A DNA stretch of 64,000 bases, from NCBI GenBank assembly GCA_035530075.1, contig DATKVM010000005.1, positions 231,006 to 295,005 of the forward strand, in the 5' to 3' direction. This DNA comes from Patescibacteria group bacterium. Lineage in GTDB: Bacteria; Patescibacteriota; Microgenomatia; UM-FILTER-40-11. The position numbers and the translations under genes were made by a program. Positions 36,505 to 46,325 of the stretch are shown one piece after another (positions within the stretch are counted from its first letter, which is position 1; the number at the start of each line of letters is the position of its first letter). The notes under the pieces are model-generated. The model saw only the letters and a list, made by a program, of their open reading frames with translations, did not search any database and had not been told where the DNA came from.

Positions 36505-38046
36505 ATGGTTAAGGCGAAAGGCTTTGATACCGAGAAGTACTTAACCCTTCAGAAGAAGGCAATTGAAGAAAGGTTAAGTCATTTTTCCGGCCGGCTCTAT
36601 TTGGAATTTGGCGGCAAACTCCTTGACGATTTCCACGCGGCTCGAACTCTACCCGGCTATGATCCCAATGCCAAACTGATGCTTTTACAGAGTTTAAAGA
36701 AAGACTTGGGAGTTTTGTATTGCATCTCGGCTAAACAATTAAGTAATGGTAAGGTCAGGGGGGATTGGGGAGTAGGCTATGACTTGGCCACGATTAAGAT
36801 TTTGGAAGATTTGGAGAAATACCACCTGCTTCTTTTAGGCGTCGTCATTAACCGTTTTGAAGGCGAAGCGGAAGCCAATAACTTCGAGCGGCGGCTAAAG
36901 AGAATGGGGGTTAAAGTTTATAAACGCCGGGAGATTAAGGGTTACCCTAACAATTTGGCTTTAATTTTGAGTGGCGAAGGTTATGGCGGTGACGATTATA
37001 TTCCAACCGACAAGGTGTTGGTAGTGGTCTGGGGAGCCGGCCCAGGGGCCGGCAAGCTCTCGACTTGTCTGGGCCAAATTTATAATGATAACCAGAGAGG
37101 GATTGATTCAGGCTATGCTAAGTTTGAGACCTTCCCCGTTTGGGATTTACCCCTTGAGCACCCCATTAACGTTGCCTACGAAGCGTCAACCGCGGATTTA
37201 GGCGACTTTAATGTAATCGATACTTTTCATCTTCAGGCTTATAAGAAGGTGGCGGTGAACTATAATCGCGACGTTGAGTCTTTCCCTATCATTCGAACTA
37301 TTTTTAGCCAGATTACTAGTCACAAAAGTTATTCCCGCGAATATCGTTCACCTACTGATATGGGTTTCAATGTGTTGAGGCGGGGGATAATTAATGACAA
37401 AGTGGTCAGGGAGGCCGCCAAAAGAGAAATTAACTTCTACCTTTTTCGGTATCGGGAAGAGTATAAAAAGGGTTTAGTCTCAGAGAAGATTTTGGAGCGA
37501 ATGGCTAACCTGATGCACCGCGTCGGCATAAAGGAAGATTTTTTCCCAACGGTTCCCGCCGCCCGACAGGCTAGGGAAGGGGCTAGGAGAAAGAGAGGTA
37601 GGGGGGAGAAAGGGATTTATTGCGGAGCGGCGATTGAGCTGCCTTCTGGCTTAATTATCACTGGCAAGAACTCTCCCTCTCTTCATGCCGAAGCGGCGGT
37701 AATTCTTAATGCCATTAAAACTTTGGCCAGGGTTGACGACGAGTTTGAACTAATTTCCTTTTCCGTGATTAAGTCAATAAACAATCTTAAAGAGCAAATC
37801 GGGGAGCCATCACTTAGCTTAAATTGTTCTGAGGCACTCTTGGCGTTGGCTGTCTCCTCTCAAACTAATCCCTTAGCCAAGAAGGCGCAAAAATTTCTCT
37901 CGGTGCTGCGAGGTTGTTTCCTACACACCACCCACCGCCCGGCTACGGCTGATGAGGGGATATTTAGAAAGCTAGGGATTTGGGTTTCCACTGACGGCCT
38001 GGTAGAGAAAGTTGGCCGGACGGCGGCGGATGAGATTAACGGCTAA
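36505..38046 (+). CDS. DUF1846 (UPF0371) P-loop protein
   Basis: LYLEFGGKL.DD.HAAR.LPG, GPGAGK, YAKFETFP, SPTDMG. Confidence 0.9.
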   Translation: MVKAKGFDTEKYLTLQKKAIEERLSHFSGRLYLEFGGKLLDDFHAARTLPGYDPNAKLMLLQSLKKDLGVLYCISAKQLSNGKVRGDWGVGYDLATIKILEDLEKYHLLLLGVVINRFEGEAEANNFERRLKRMGVKVYKRREIKGYPNNLALILSGEGYGGDDYIPTDKVLVVVWGAGPGAGKLSTCLGQIYNDNQRGIDSGYAKFETFPVWDLPLEHPINVAYEASTADLGDFNVIDTFHLQAYKKVAVNYNRDVESFPIIRTIFSQITSHKSYSREYRSPTDMGFNVLRRGIINDKVVREAAKREINFYLFRYREEYKKGLVSEKILERMANLMHRVGIKEDFFPTVPAARQAREGARRKRGRGEKGIYCGAAIELPSGLIITGKNSPSLHAEAAVILNAIKTLARVDDEFELISFSVIKSINNLKEQIGEPSLSLNCSEALLALAVSSQTNPLAKKAQKFLSVLRGCFLHTTHRPATADEGIFRKLGIWVSTDGLVEKVGRTAADEING

Positions 38047-38123
38047 GGGTGTTTTGCTTGATTCTTACCTTCTCCTTGCTCCCTTTTAACCACCTTGTTA
38101 ATCAAGGTTTCTAGCCTTAGTGG

Positions 38124-38774
38124 ATGAGGATGATTTTTTTGGTGACAACCTTACTACTTTTGGTGGGTTTGGGAGCGGTGGCAGTCCACAACTTCTGGGG
38201 CGAAAAGACCCTGGTCGATATCCAAATTCTCCCCGACCAATTAACTCCGGTGGCAACCCCGGCAGTTTCCTTAATGCCGACCCTGGAAGTAACCGTTACC
38301 GCCGACTGGAAAACATTTAAAAGTGAAGACCAAAGTTTTCGCTTCCGTTATCCGCCTGCTTGGCAAATAGTGGAAACCTCGCCGTTATCACCACAAAGTG
38401 GGAAGAATTTTTTGGGGGTCGTCGTGCAATCATGGGCTTTGACCAATTTTCCTCCAGAAAGCAATTCGCCCGCAGAAGAAACGGTTAAAATCGATTTTGA
38501 AATTTCCACTGAAGGTAAAAAAGAATCGTTGGGGAGCTTACTCGATTGTGACAGTCCCAATATTATCGAGTGTAAAAACCTCGACATTAATGGTGTGACC
38601 TACAAGAAAATGGTGACCAAAAATCAAAAAGGGGCGGAAAATGTTGTTTTAGCGACAGTGAAAGACGACCGAATCTACCGCATCTCTGGCACTGTTAATA
38701 TTGAGAAAAATGAAAGCGGCAAGCGGCAAATGGAAGAAGTAATGGGTACTTTTGAAATCTTGCAGTCCAGCTGA
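38124..38774 (+). CDS. Exported PsbP-like protein
   Basis: Signal/TM, WKTF..FRFRYPPAW. Confidence 0.6.
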   Translation: MRMIFLVTTLLLLVGLGAVAVHNFWGEKTLVDIQILPDQLTPVATPAVSLMPTLEVTVTADWKTFKSEDQSFRFRYPPAWQIVETSPLSPQSGKNFLGVVVQSWALTNFPPESNSPAEETVKIDFEISTEGKKESLGSLLDCDSPNIIECKNLDINGVTYKKMVTKNQKGAENVVLATVKDDRIYRISGTVNIEKNESGKRQMEEVMGTFEILQSS

Positions 38775-38811
38775 GCTTTTCTTTCCGGATTAAGTCTTTC
38801 TCGTCGACCAA

Positions 38812-38841
38812 AGAAGATGCCGTCTTTCCGGCATCCTCTTT
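38812..38841. terminator. Hairpin terminator between convergent genes
   Basis: aagaagatgccg-tcttt-ccggcatcctcttt. Confidence 0.55.
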
Positions 38842-38858
38842 AGATGGTAGCTCTTTGG

Positions 38859-39272
38859 TTAGTAACCCCGTCCGCCTCCTCTGGGTGCCGGCGGTGCTGC
38901 TTCTTCCAAACGGCGACCGGGTTCTTCAACCACAATATCGCTGTTTACATCCACGACCCCTCGGCTCCAAAAAGCGTCAGCGTAAACTAGGGGTTTACTG
39001 CGTCGATTGCGAACCGTCCCTGAAAGGTTAACTACCCCGTTTCTGACATCAATCCGAATGGCATTGACATCGCTTTGGGGAATATAAGGATCAGCGGCAA
39101 CGGTATCGGCCACCAAGTCCTTAATCTCGTTATCTTCCAAGATTAAATCGCGGTTATAATCATAAAGGTCGGTGTAATCAAAGCCGTAAGGATAACCGGC
39201 GCCTCCCCACGGTGGTCCCCATGGGCCAGACGCCCAAGGCCCCATTCCTCCCCCCCAATAACCTGGATACAT
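38859..39272 (-). CDS. BON-domain protein with Gly/Pro/Trp-rich N-terminus
   Basis: IRIDVRNGVVNLSGTV..GVVDVNSDI; SD AAGGAGGTG. Confidence 0.8.
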   Translation of the reverse strand: MYPGYWGGGMGPWASGPWGPPWGGAGYPYGFDYTDLYDYNRDLILEDNEIKDLVADTVAADPYIPQSDVNAIRIDVRNGVVNLSGTVRNRRSKPLVYADAFWSRGVVDVNSDIVVEEPGRRLEEAAPPAPRGGGRGY

Positions 39273-39379
39273 CTGCCTCACCTCCTTCCTGGTTAGACTA
39301 AAGACAAACTAACATTGGGCTTTTAAGCGCCTTTGATAAGGCGGTAAGAGCTGGGTAAGAGATTTTGAAAGTAAAGCAT

Positions 39380-39751
39380 TTAGATTAGATGGGCTAACTT
39401 AATCTCATTGCGGACATCGGCGATGCCCACCGCTTCCAGGGCGTTTAGGTAAGCTTGAACTTTGCTTTGCCGATAGCGGACAGTCCCGCTAAGACGGGCG
39501 ATTTTATCTTGGACATCGACCGTGATTTTCTCTTTATCCGGTCGAGGAATTCGGGGATCATCATAAAGGCTGGCAATAATATTTTGTCTTAAATCTTCAT
39601 CATCCAAAAGCTGTAAATCAAGGGCGCTGTAATTAGAGCAGGTCCCTTCCGGATAAGAGTTAAAGGGAAAGGAATATAAATGAGCGGCGGGTGGGGGCCA
39701 GACCCACGAGGGACCGGGATAGCCCCAATATCCCCAATGATAACCAATCAT
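39380..39751 (-). CDS. BON-domain protein (paralog of 38859-39272)
   Basis: ITVDVQDKIARLSGTV..GIADVRNEI; start MIGYHW. Confidence 0.75.
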   Translation of the reverse strand: MIGYHWGYWGYPGPSWVWPPPAAHLYSFPFNSYPEGTCSNYSALDLQLLDDEDLRQNIIASLYDDPRIPRPDKEKITVDVQDKIARLSGTVRYRQSKVQAYLNALEAVGIADVRNEIKLAHLI

Positions 39752-39830
39752 TACTCTCTCCTTTCCGTCTTTAAGACTAGCAAGCTTACCCAGAGGCAGA
39801 GTGAGGGGAGGGTAAGACTTAAGTAAGGGC

Positions 39831-41513
39831 TTGGGAAAAAGAGACAAAAATTGGGAAGTTCTATGCTTGACAGAAGAAATTGAAGTGCTACAATGCCGTT
39901 CATCAATGTTTGGCAAGGAAAATTCCGACTGCCCGGGAAAAGAAAAGACTAACCTCCGGGCCAGACAAATTAGGACCTTAATTATTGTCTTCCTGCTGGC
40001 CCTCGTTGTGGCCGGGAAACTTTCCGCCATTGAGGCGGCCGGTCCTTATTCTCCCTCTGAGGTGCCTTTGGGTCGAACTATCCCCGCTTTAGCTCAAACC
40101 GAGCGAAAGCTTAATCTTTGGCAGAGGGATTTAGCGTTAGAATTTCCTCAAGTGAAAAGTAATCTCCAGACAGAATTAAGCGCTTTCTCGATTAATGCTC
40201 GCCAACGGCTTAAATCCTTGTTTGATCAACTTTCTGAGCGTTTTTTCCAGCGGTTTCTCGAAAAAGCTTCCCCCCGGCTGATTATTGTGAATCCCAACCC
40301 GGAGCCAACCCCATTACCGATTTCATTAACGCCGACGCCGACCTATGCTATCTCGCCAACGCCAACGCCGACAGTTACGCCAACGGTCGTGCCGACAACT
40401 ACTCCTGTCGCTCCGACGCCGACGGTGACCCCGATCCTGCCAACCGCCAGTCCTAACCAAGCGCCAGTTCCGGTTAGTGGGTATAGCGTCTCCGGAGGAG
40501 TGATTAAGGGAAATGGCCAGCCAATTGCCTTAAATGGTGTAAACTGGTTTGGTTTTGAAACGGCTAATAATGTGGTGCATGGTCTCTGGTCGCGTAATTA
40601 TAAGGAAATGATTGGTCAGATGAAGGAAGCGGGTTTCAATGCCCTGCGGATTCCCTTTTGTCCAAACACTCTTACCAACGGCAGTGTTTCCGGTATCGAT
40701 TATAGTCAAAATCCGGACTTGGAAGGCCTGGGGAGCTTGGAAATATTAGATAAGATTGCGGAGGAGCTTAATCGTCAAGGAATGTATTTCGTCTTAGACC
40801 ACCACCGGCCGGATTGTAACGCCATTTCCGAGCTACCCACTACTGGTAGTTATTCAGAATCAGCTTGGATTGCCGACTTAGTCACAATGGCCAAACGCTA
40901 TCAGAGATTTCCTAACTTTTTTGGGATGGATTTAAAGAACGAACCTCACGGGGCGGCTACTTGGGGTACCGGTGACGGGACTGATTGGAAACTGGCGGCA
41001 GAGAAAGCCGGTCGGGCGGTCTTGGCCGCCGACCCCAATATTCTAATTTTCGTCGAGGGAATCCAGAATAATTCTTCTTGCTCCGACAATTCAATTGCTC
41101 ATTGGTGGGGTGGCAATTTGGAACCGCAGGCTTGTTATCCGATTGACCTGCCGACAGAAAAGCTTGTTCTTTCCCCCCACGCTTACGGCCCAGATGTTTA
41201 TCCCCAAGACTATTTTAATGCCGCCAACTTTCCCAATAATTTACCTGCGATTTGGGAAAAGCACTTTGGCTTTTTAGCGGGAAAATATGCCTTGGCGATT
41301 GGAGAATGGGGAGGACGATATCAAGGCAAAGACGCTGTTTGGCAAAATGCCTTCGTTGATTATTTGGCCAAAAAGGGTATTTGCAATAGTTTTTATTGGA
41401 GTTGGAACCCTAATTCGGGTGACACGGGTGGAGTTTTACAGGATGACTGGCGAACTCTGCGCCAAGATAAGGTTGAGATGCTGCGTAATTATGCCAACCG
41501 CTGTCAGCCATAA
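39831..41513 (+). CDS. GH5 endoglucanase with TM anchor and Pro/Thr linker
   Basis: NGVNWFGFET, DLKNEPH, IGEWGG, YWSWNPNSGDTGG; start uncertain. Confidence 0.9.
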   Translation: MGKRDKNWEVLCLTEEIEVLQCRSSMFGKENSDCPGKEKTNLRARQIRTLIIVFLLALVVAGKLSAIEAAGPYSPSEVPLGRTIPALAQTERKLNLWQRDLALEFPQVKSNLQTELSAFSINARQRLKSLFDQLSERFFQRFLEKASPRLIIVNPNPEPTPLPISLTPTPTYAISPTPTPTVTPTVVPTTTPVAPTPTVTPILPTASPNQAPVPVSGYSVSGGVIKGNGQPIALNGVNWFGFETANNVVHGLWSRNYKEMIGQMKEAGFNALRIPFCPNTLTNGSVSGIDYSQNPDLEGLGSLEILDKIAEELNRQGMYFVLDHHRPDCNAISELPTTGSYSESAWIADLVTMAKRYQRFPNFFGMDLKNEPHGAATWGTGDGTDWKLAAEKAGRAVLAADPNILIFVEGIQNNSSCSDNSIAHWWGGNLEPQACYPIDLPTEKLVLSPHAYGPDVYPQDYFNAANFPNNLPAIWEKHFGFLAGKYALAIGEWGGRYQGKDAVWQNAFVDYLAKKGICNSFYWSWNPNSGDTGGVLQDDWRTLRQDKVEMLRNYANRCQP

Positions 41514-41580
41514 GCCTTTTCTCGCCCGATTCTTACCCTCCTCTTACTTTCGCTTGTCTTTTCTTCTTTAGTCTTTAACG

Positions 41581-41820
41581 ATGACGTCTTTGGATGTTCT
41601 TTACTATGCTTTAGCGGGAGGGTTTTTAGTCTTTGTCGGTTTTGTTTCTTTTGTTCTTTATCGGCTAGGAATAGCCCTGATAACCCTTAATCAGGTCCTG
41701 GGAGAGATAGAAGATGTTATGCGGGACATTGATGCCGCTAAAAACTTCCTGAAAGTGGGGGTTTTAGGAATGATTGGTCGGATTTTAGGTGGCGGGCAGA
41801 AAGGAGGTGGCGGTCGATGA
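41581..41820 (+). CDS. Small membrane protein (DUF948-like)
   Basis: TM plus coiled coil; coupled to a YtxH-like gene. Confidence 0.55.
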   Translation: MTSLDVLYYALAGGFLVFVGFVSFVLYRLGIALITLNQVLGEIEDVMRDIDAAKNFLKVGVLGMIGRILGGGQKGGGGR

Positions 41821-42086
41821 GCGATTATCGTCAAGGAGGGAAAAATGGAGGAGGGATGCTGATAACTCTTCTGGTCGGTATGGCGCTGGGGGCGGCAGCC
41901 GTGGTTTTGAGCAACCGAGAAATGCGAGAGGAGTTAATGGGCCGACTCGAGGATTTGAGGAAGAGAGGAGAGCGTAAAGTCGAAGAAGCAAAAAAAGAGC
42001 TGGAGGAAGCAGGCGCTAAAGGTCGGAAAAAGGCGGCGGAAGAGTTAGAAAAAGCTAAAAAAGAAGCTGGGTCTCCCCGGCACTGA
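41817..42086 (+). CDS. YtxH-like protein
   Basis: LLVGMALGAAAVVLS followed by a charged helix. Confidence 0.7.
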   Translation: MSDYRQGGKNGGGMLITLLVGMALGAAAVVLSNREMREELMGRLEDLRKRGERKVEEAKKELEEAGAKGRKKAAEELEKAKKEAGSPRH

Positions 42087-42167
42087 TTTTGCAATTTACG
42101 GCTGACGGTCGCGAAATTTGGCCTGATAAGCTATACTACGGCATCGTCTACATATTGACGGCGCATT

Positions 42168-43634
42168 ATGGTTAATCCTGTTTCTTCCCGAAAAGAGAAA
42201 TTCTCTCTCCCTTCTTCCCAGAAAGCGGAAGAACGCTTTTTTTTGGCTCAAGAACTTTCTCTTGACGGTTTTGCCATTCTTCGGCCCAAACGTCAGAACG
42301 GGAAAATCATTGATTTTGTTTGGGATTATGCTAATCCAGCGGCTCACCGGTTGTTGCGGCAGAAAAATTTGTTGGGCAAAGATTTCGCGGCCACTTTGCC
42401 CATAACGGAGAAGAGTGGGCTTTTAAGGGACTTTGTCAAAGTGATGGAGTCGAATCAATCCTCTGAGGGGGAGATTGCTTATCGGACGGCTAAAGTCTCT
42501 GGTTGGTTTCAATTAACGGTCATTAAACTGGAAGATCAGCTGGCGCTTTCTTTCCGGGATATTACCGAAAGGAAGCTTTGGGAGGAAAGCTTAAGACAAA
42601 GCGAAGCCCGCTTTAAAATTATTACCGAGTCAAATATGATTGGCCTTTTTTTCTGGGATGAAACGGGGGCGATTCTGGATGCTAATGACGCGTTTTTAAA
42701 AATTCTCGGTTACGACCGAAAAGCTTTCTTCGAGAAAGAGCCCACTTGGCGGGATTTAACTCCTTCGGAATTCTGGGCCGCGGACGAAAAAGCGATGGCG
42801 GAGATGAAGAAAAGCGGTGTCTGCCAGCCTTTTGAAAAGGAACTGCGCCATAAAAAAGATTTCACTATTCCCGTGCTTTTGGGAGCGGCTAGGTTGACGG
42901 CTATTAATTATGAAGGGGTGGCTTTTGTGGTGGATATTAGTGAAAGAAAAGAAATGGAGAAACAACGAGAAATTTTCCTGGGCCACGAACTAAAAACGCC
43001 GTTGGCGGCCATTAAGGGCTTTGCCCAACTAGTGTTTAAGCGATTGGAAAAAACGGCCGACCAGGAAACCCTTTCCTACCTTTCACGGATTAACGGTAAA
43101 GTTGATAGTTTAGCGCAATTAATCAGCGATTTAACTGATTTAACCCGGATTCGGGCTGACCAGCTGGAGTTTCGGGAAGAGGTTTTTGATTTTGACGCCC
43201 TGACTAGAGAAGTAATTGCCGATTGTCAGGCAATCGCGCCTAATCATCAGCTTATCCTGGAAGGGAAGACCAATCAATTTATCTTCGCCGATAAATCCCG
43301 AATTGGTCAAGTGTTGACCAACCTTCTTTCTAATGCTGTTAAATACTCGCCCAGAGCAAAAAAGGTAATTATTCGGCTTAACCGCGATAAGAACCATCTT
43401 CTTGTTTTCATTCAAGATTTCGGCTTCGGTATTTCCCAAGAAGACCAAGAAAAGATTTTTCAGCCCTTTTTTCGCTCCGCCCTTTCCAAAAACGAAGTCA
43501 ATGGAGTAGGGCTGGGCTTATATATTAGCCGCCAGATTGCCCAGCATTACGGAGGAAACCTCTTGGTTAAAAGCCGGCCTCAGGAAGGGACGACCTTCTC
43601 TTTTTCTCTGCCCATAAGGAAAGGTCACGCTTAA
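42168..43634 (+). CDS. PAS-domain sensor histidine kinase (cytoplasmic)
   Basis: Two PAS domains, HELKTP, NLLSNAVKYS, DFGFGI, GVGLGL. Confidence 0.92.
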   Translation: MVNPVSSRKEKFSLPSSQKAEERFFLAQELSLDGFAILRPKRQNGKIIDFVWDYANPAAHRLLRQKNLLGKDFAATLPITEKSGLLRDFVKVMESNQSSEGEIAYRTAKVSGWFQLTVIKLEDQLALSFRDITERKLWEESLRQSEARFKIITESNMIGLFFWDETGAILDANDAFLKILGYDRKAFFEKEPTWRDLTPSEFWAADEKAMAEMKKSGVCQPFEKELRHKKDFTIPVLLGAARLTAINYEGVAFVVDISERKEMEKQREIFLGHELKTPLAAIKGFAQLVFKRLEKTADQETLSYLSRINGKVDSLAQLISDLTDLTRIRADQLEFREEVFDFDALTREVIADCQAIAPNHQLILEGKTNQFIFADKSRIGQVLTNLLSNAVKYSPRAKKVIIRLNRDKNHLLVFIQDFGFGISQEDQEKIFQPFFRSALSKNEVNGVGLGLYISRQIAQHYGGNLLVKSRPQEGTTFSFSLPIRKGHA

Positions 43635-44302
43635 TCCTGAATCATATAACCAAAGCCGCGAATGGAATGAAGAAGTTTTTTCTTGAAATTCAAATCAATC
43701 TTTTTTCTTAAATAGCCAACGTAAACATCAACTACTCGGGTTTCGATATCCGGTGAAGAATCCCAGAGGCGGCTCAAAATCATGTCCCGCGTTAGAATTC
43801 GGTCTTTGTTAATCATTAAATAGTGAAGGAGTCTAAACTCCTGGGGGGTGAGTTTAATCAGTTTGCCCGCCCTTTTGACTTCGTGATTGGCGGGATTAAG
43901 TTCTAAATCAGCAATTTTCATTTTGGTTTCATTGCCGGGTAAATTTCTCAGCCGGGTTTTAATTCTGGCCAGAAGCTCGTCTCCATCAAAGGGTTTGGTC
44001 ATATAGTCATCTGCTCCTAAATTCAGACCATGGACAACATTAGGCACACCGTCTTTAGCCGTAAGAATAATGATTGGCAAATGCTGATGGTCTTTTTTAA
44101 TTTGGCCACAGACATTCTCGCCATCAATGTCCGGTAGGCCTAAATCAAGGACCACTAAATCCGGAGCCGTTTTTTTGATTAGATTAAGCGCTTCAATTCC
44201 CCTGGTGGCGGTTTGGACTAAATAACCGTGATCGGTTAATAGTTCTTTTAGAAAATCACGTATGTCTTGGTCGTCTTCAACCGCAAGGATACTTTTCATC
44301 AT
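43631..44302 (-). CDS. OmpR/PhoB-family response regulator
   Basis: VEDD, DLGLP, TKPF, LTPQEFRLL, VDVYVGYLRKK, RGFGY. Confidence 0.93.
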   Translation of the reverse strand: MMKSILAVEDDQDIRDFLKELLTDHGYLVQTATRGIEALNLIKKTAPDLVVLDLGLPDIDGENVCGQIKKDHQHLPIIILTAKDGVPNVVHGLNLGADDYMTKPFDGDELLARIKTRLRNLPGNETKMKIADLELNPANHEVKRAGKLIKLTPQEFRLLHYLMINKDRILTRDMILSRLWDSSPDIETRVVDVYVGYLRKKIDLNFKKKLLHSIRGFGYMIQD

Positions 44303-44377
44303 ATTTTTTACTGCTTTAAACGGTTCTCTCTGGCTCGCTGCTGATTATATTACGCTTTCCTGTCGCTTGCAATCTTT

Positions 44378-44415
44378 ATTACAAAGTTCTTACCGAACTC
44401 TTATAAAAACCTCAC
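44378..44415 (+). promoter_or_regulatory. 11-bp periodic CTTAC-like repeat
   Basis: ATTAC 44378, CTTAC 44389, CTTAT 44400, CTCAC 44411; between the RR and the KGG gene. Confidence 0.6.
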
Positions 44416-44473
44416 GCAAGCAAAATATTATCTTCAATTATTACTATAAATGATAGAAAGGGGGTGAAACGAA

Positions 44474-44644
44474 ATGGCCGATAGTGATAAGGGAAGAATT
44501 CAAGAAGAATCGGAAGAAGATGATGCCACTCAACGCTCTTCTAAAGGAAGGGGCTGGTTCGGTGATTCAGCACGACACGCTGAGGCCGGCCGGAAAGGCG
44601 GCTTGGCTCGGAGCCGTAAGTATCACGCCAAAATGGGCGCCTAA
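44474..44644 (+). CDS. KGG-motif small stress protein (56 aa; not in ORF track)
   Basis: MADSDKG..GRGWFGDSARHAEAGRKGG..; SD GAAAGGGGGTG. Confidence 0.8.
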   Translation: MADSDKGRIQEESEEDDATQRSSKGRGWFGDSARHAEAGRKGGLARSRKYHAKMGA

Positions 44645-44672
44645 CTAGATAAAAGTTTGCTGTCTCCTTTTC

Positions 44673-44699
44673 AACAGATAGTCCTTTGGACTATCTGTT
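44673..44699 (+). terminator. Hairpin terminator
   Basis: aacagatagtcc-ttt-ggactatctgtt. Confidence 0.6.
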
Positions 44700-44756
44700 T
44701 CGGTTAAAGGGTTTTTCTCCTTGACTCTTCGGGTTTTATTCGGTTAAAGTAAACTA

Positions 44757-44996
44757 ATGACAACCCTGATTAATGAGGAAATTCGGGTGGCGACTATTTT
44801 TGAAAACGGCCAAATCCGGCCAATTGCCTTTTCCTGGCGAAACCGGCGCTATAAAGTTCTTCAGACGGTTTTCTCTTATTCGAAAAACATTGGCCGAGAA
44901 AAAGTTTTCTATTTTTCCGTGGACACGGGTGGGGCGGTTTTTGAATTAGCGTTTAATCGAGAAAAATTCTCGTGGGAGGTAACAAAAGTATTTTAA
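44757..44996 (+). CDS. Small protein upstream of dinB (DUF6504-like)
   Basis: RPIAFSWRNRRY..FSV..FELAFN..W. Confidence 0.6.
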   Translation: MTTLINEEIRVATIFENGQIRPIAFSWRNRRYKVLQTVFSYSKNIGREKVFYFSVDTGGAVFELAFNREKFSWEVTKVF

Positions 44997-45083
44997 TTTA
45001 TAATTACAATTTTTATTGAAAACAGTTTGGTAATTGCGTCATTGTAAATTGATTGTGAATTGAAAATTAGGAATTGAAAATTT

Positions 45084-46325
45084 ATGCAGAAATGCATCCT
45101 GCATCTCGATATGGACTCTTTTTTTGCTTCGGTGGAGCAGCAGGCTAATCCTGGGCTAGTTGGCCGGCCGGTGGGAGTTATCAAAGGGGAGGGCAGAACT
45201 TGCGTTATCGCTGCCTCTCGAGAGGCCAAGAAATTTGGGGTTAAAACTGGCAGCAGCATTTATGACACCAAAAGACTATGCCTGGGGATTGTTTTCGTTC
45301 CGGCCCAAATGGATAAATATTTCGCCGTCTCCCAAAAATTTATGGAGATTTGCTCGGGGTTTTCCCCCGACTTGGAGGTTTTTTCTATTGATGAACTTTT
45401 TTTGGATGTCACGCAAACGGCTTCACTTTTCGGGGGAACTTTTGAACTTTGCCGGGAAATTAAGGCGAAGCTGCGGCGGGAAATAGGCGAATACATTACT
45501 TGCTCAATAGGGATATCTTATAACCGTTTATTGGCCAAATTAGCATCAGCCTTAAAAAAGCCGGACGGGATATTTGAGGTAACTCCGGAGAATCGGGACG
45601 CCGTTTTGTTTTCTCGACGGTTGTCCGATATTTGCGGTCTCGGTTTCCGTCTTGAGCGGCAACTTTTAGCGAAGGGGATTACTAATTTCCAAACGCTTAG
45701 AGCCATTCCTTTGGAATATCTCCAGGCTGCCTTTGGTCCTTTTTGGGCAATTGAATTAAAAAAACTCTCTTATGGAGAAGATGATTCTCTTTTAGTAAGA
45801 ATCGGGGATCCGCCAGCTGGCGGACTCAAAGCAAAGAGTGTTTCGCGGACTTTTACTTTGTATGCCGACACGAAAGATCAAAAGGTAATTAGGGCTACCC
45901 TAAGAAATCTTTGTGAAGAAGCGGCTTTTAAAGCCAGAGAAATGGGGATGGCCGGGCGGGAGGTGGGGATTGCGGTGAGAGGAGACAATTTAGGCGAGGG
46001 AAAACACAAAACTTTAAAATATTTTATTGACTCGGGGAAAGATGTTTTTGAAGTGGCTTGGAAACTTTTTGAGGCAATGGAGTGGCCAAGCTCGATTAGA
46101 TTCCTGGGAGTATGGTTGAGCCTTTTGCAACCGAAAAGCGAGCTAACCTTAAATCTTTTTCCGGAAGAAAAGAGAAAAGAAGCTTTGGTGACGGCAATGG
46201 ACAGAATCAACCGTCGCTTTGGCGAGCTAACTGTTTATCCAGCAGTTTTGCTCCAGGGTTCAATGATCAAAAGTGAAGTCAACGGTTTTTTGGGCGATAA
46301 AGCCTATCGCTTTGGCTGCGGATAA
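45084..46325 (+). CDS. dinB: DNA polymerase IV (Y family)
   Basis: HLDMDSFFASVE, SIDELFLD, LLAKLAS..KPDG. Confidence 0.92.
   Translation: MQKCILHLDMDSFFASVEQQANPGLVGRPVGVIKGEGRTCVIAASREAKKFGVKTGSSIYDTKRLCLGIVFVPAQMDKYFAVSQKFMEICSGFSPDLEVFSIDELFLDVTQTASLFGGTFELCREIKAKLRREIGEYITCSIGISYNRLLAKLASALKKPDGIFEVTPENRDAVLFSRRLSDICGLGFRLERQLLAKGITNFQTLRAIPLEYLQAAFGPFWAIELKKLSYGEDDSLLVRIGDPPAGGLKAKSVSRTFTLYADTKDQKVIRATLRNLCEEAAFKAREMGMAGREVGIAVRGDNLGEGKHKTLKYFIDSGKDVFEVAWKLFEAMEWPSSIRFLGVWLSLLQPKSELTLNLFPEEKRKEALVTAMDRINRRFGELTVYPAVLLQGSMIKSEVNGFLGDKAYRFGCG

Noticed and set aside
40290-40450. CCGACG/CCAACG repeats as a DNA element
   Set aside because: They encode the Pro/Thr linker of the GH5 enzyme.
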